This document shows, one piece after another, positions 46,451 to 47,819 of a stretch of DNA of 47,819 nucleotides. Below the pieces are notes generated by a model. That model was given only the letters and a program-made list of their open reading frames with translations, ran no database searches and was not told where the DNA came from. The position numbers and the translations under genes are program-made. This stretch comes from Deltaproteobacteria bacterium (GTDB lineage: Bacteria; Desulfobacterota; GWC2-55-46), in contig JACRCH010000007.1 of the NCBI GenBank assembly GCA_016219115.1, forward strand, positions 1 to 47,819. The letters are read 5' to 3'. Position 1 is the first letter of the stretch; the number at the start of each line of letters is the position of its first letter.

Positions 46451-47446
46451 TCAGTGCGAGTGAGCGCGAGGTTTGAGCCCCAGGTCCGCTATCATCCGTC
46501 TGTCTTCCCCGGGGTTCCTGCCCGGGGTCGTAAGGTAGTTCCCGATCATCATGCCGTTGGCGCCGGCCGCGAATATCAGGGGCTGCAAGTCCCTCAGGTT
46601 CACATTGCGGCCTCCGCAGATGACGATGTCTTTTTTTGGCATCATGACGCGCAGTAGCGCTATGATCTTCAGGCACTCTACCGGTGTCAGGTTCCTTGCG
46701 CCTTCAAGCGGGGTGCCGGGCCTGGGGTTCAGGAAGTTTACGGGGACAGAGTCCACATCGAGCTCTTTTAAAGTGGCGCCGAGCTCGATTCTGTCTTCCC
46801 ACGCCTCTCCGAGCCCGAAGATCCCGCCGGAGCAGACATAGAAGCCGAGCTCCTTGGCCGTTTTCACGACCTCCACGTCATCGTCGTATTTATGCGTCGT
46901 GCAGATATTCGGGAAAAACGACCTCCCTGTTTCGAGGTTGTGGTGGTAGCTCTCAAGGCCGCTATTTTTAAGCCGGGTGAGCGCCTCTTTGGCGAGTATA
47001 CCTAAAGAGGCGCACCGCTCCATGCCGACAGACTCCTTCATCGCGCTTAAGGCCTCGGCGAGCGTTTCCAGATCACGCTCTTTTTCGATCTTGGTCCCGC
47101 TTGTGACGATCGAGAACTCTCCGGCGCCGTTCGCCTCGGCGTCGATGGCGGCCTTGACGAGATTTTCGGAGGCGGCCATCGGGTACTCGTTTATGCCGGT
47201 TGAGTATTTTACCGATTGGGAGCAGAAGGAGCAGTCCTCCTTACAGAGGCCGCTCTTGGCGTTGACGATGGAGCAGAGGTTTACCTCTACCCCCTTGTGG
47301 CGCCTTCTGACCCTCTCCGTGACGGCGAGTATCTCGTAGATATCCTCGTCGGGGAGTCTGGAGAACTCAATGGCCTCAGAGACCGTAAGGCCGTCTCCGG
47401 CAAGGCCCTTTTCGAGCGATTTTTTGAGGATTTCAACTTTTTTCAT
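46451..47446 (-). CDS. bioB: Biotin synthase
   Basis: CKEDCSFC, CASLG, HHNLET, CSGGIFG, GNYLTT. Confidence 0.96.
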   Translation of the reverse strand: MKKVEILKKSLEKGLAGDGLTVSEAIEFSRLPDEDIYEILAVTERVRRRHKGVEVNLCSIVNAKSGLCKEDCSFCSQSVKYSTGINEYPMAASENLVKAAIDAEANGAGEFSIVTSGTKIEKERDLETLAEALSAMKESVGMERCASLGILAKEALTRLKNSGLESYHHNLETGRSFFPNICTTHKYDDDVEVVKTAKELGFYVCSGGIFGLGEAWEDRIELGATLKELDVDSVPVNFLNPRPGTPLEGARNLTPVECLKIIALLRVMMPKKDIVICGGRNVNLRDLQPLIFAAGANGMMIGNYLTTPGRNPGEDRRMIADLGLKPRAHSH

Positions 47447-47560
47447 GTCACCTTTTGATGGAAAGACAAACGGGTGTTTTTTTAATAATCAGGCGCGAAT
47501 GCCCTAAAGCATTGAGAAACCCCGCGTCCACCCGTTCAAAAATAACATGGAAAAAGATGG

Positions 47561-47591
47561 TTGTCAACTCGAAGGTTGTTATGGTTGACAA
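47561..47591. promoter_or_regulatory. BirA biotin-repressor operator overlapping the bioB promoter
   Basis: TTGTCAAC-N15-GTTGACAA; left half contains the minus-strand -35 TTGACA, with TG-extended TATTTT 17 bp downstream. Confidence 0.85.
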
Positions 47592-47642
47592 TCACGGGAA
47601 GGGGAGGTGAACATGCTTTTGCGTTGTTATGCAGGGTTATGA

Positions 47643-47812
47643 TTTTCCGGAGCGTTTAACTTGGAATTCCCTGTAGCTTGCCCTTGTAAAACCCTCCCCC
47701 TTGATGGGGGAGGGAAGGGTGGGGGTGAAAACAGGTTTTCACCCTCCCCGCTTCCCGTTGCATCGGAAGAGCGCAACGGGAGCCCAGCCCTCCCATCAAG
47801 GGAGGGCTGGGC
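47643..47812 (+). repeat. Module X + A doublet
   Basis: Near-identical to 40882-41025 and 13036-13220. Confidence 0.9.
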
Positions 47813-47819
47813 TTAAGGA

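Noticed and set aside
13011-47812. Dispersed repeats as a CRISPR array
   Set aside because: No regular repeat-spacer periodicity and no cas genes

Overview
GC-rich bacterial chromosomal segment whose gene content and synteny suggest a Deltaproteobacteria/Desulfobacterota-like organism (inference). Mostly housekeeping: tatD-radical SAM fusion (5'-truncated), two membrane proteins, era-der-yihY, ftsH-folP-cdaA-cdaR-glmM, pdxJ-acpS-nnr-tsaE-lpdA-lysC-cimA-comEA, a complete 9-gene V/A-type ATPase operon, purB-purC-purS-purQ-metF, aconitase, and a minus-strand bioBFHC-AD cluster with a BirA-type operator. The unusual content lies elsewhere. (1) A family of nested, modular palindromic intergenic elements of REP/IS200-IS605 hairpin type appears to insert into itself at a shared junction (13.0, 19.2, 32.3, 40.7-41.2, 43.3, 47.7 kb). 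(2) An AT-richer block after tRNA-Cys holds a divergent CI-like / XRE-S24 repressor pair with face-to-face promoters, and the S24 catalytic Ser is replaced by Ala. (3) A sigma54/sigma70-driven AbrB-like + cupin operon. (4) AcpS lacks its conserved Glu. No transposase, integrase or CRISPR array is visible. All calls come from reading motifs by eye; no searches were run.
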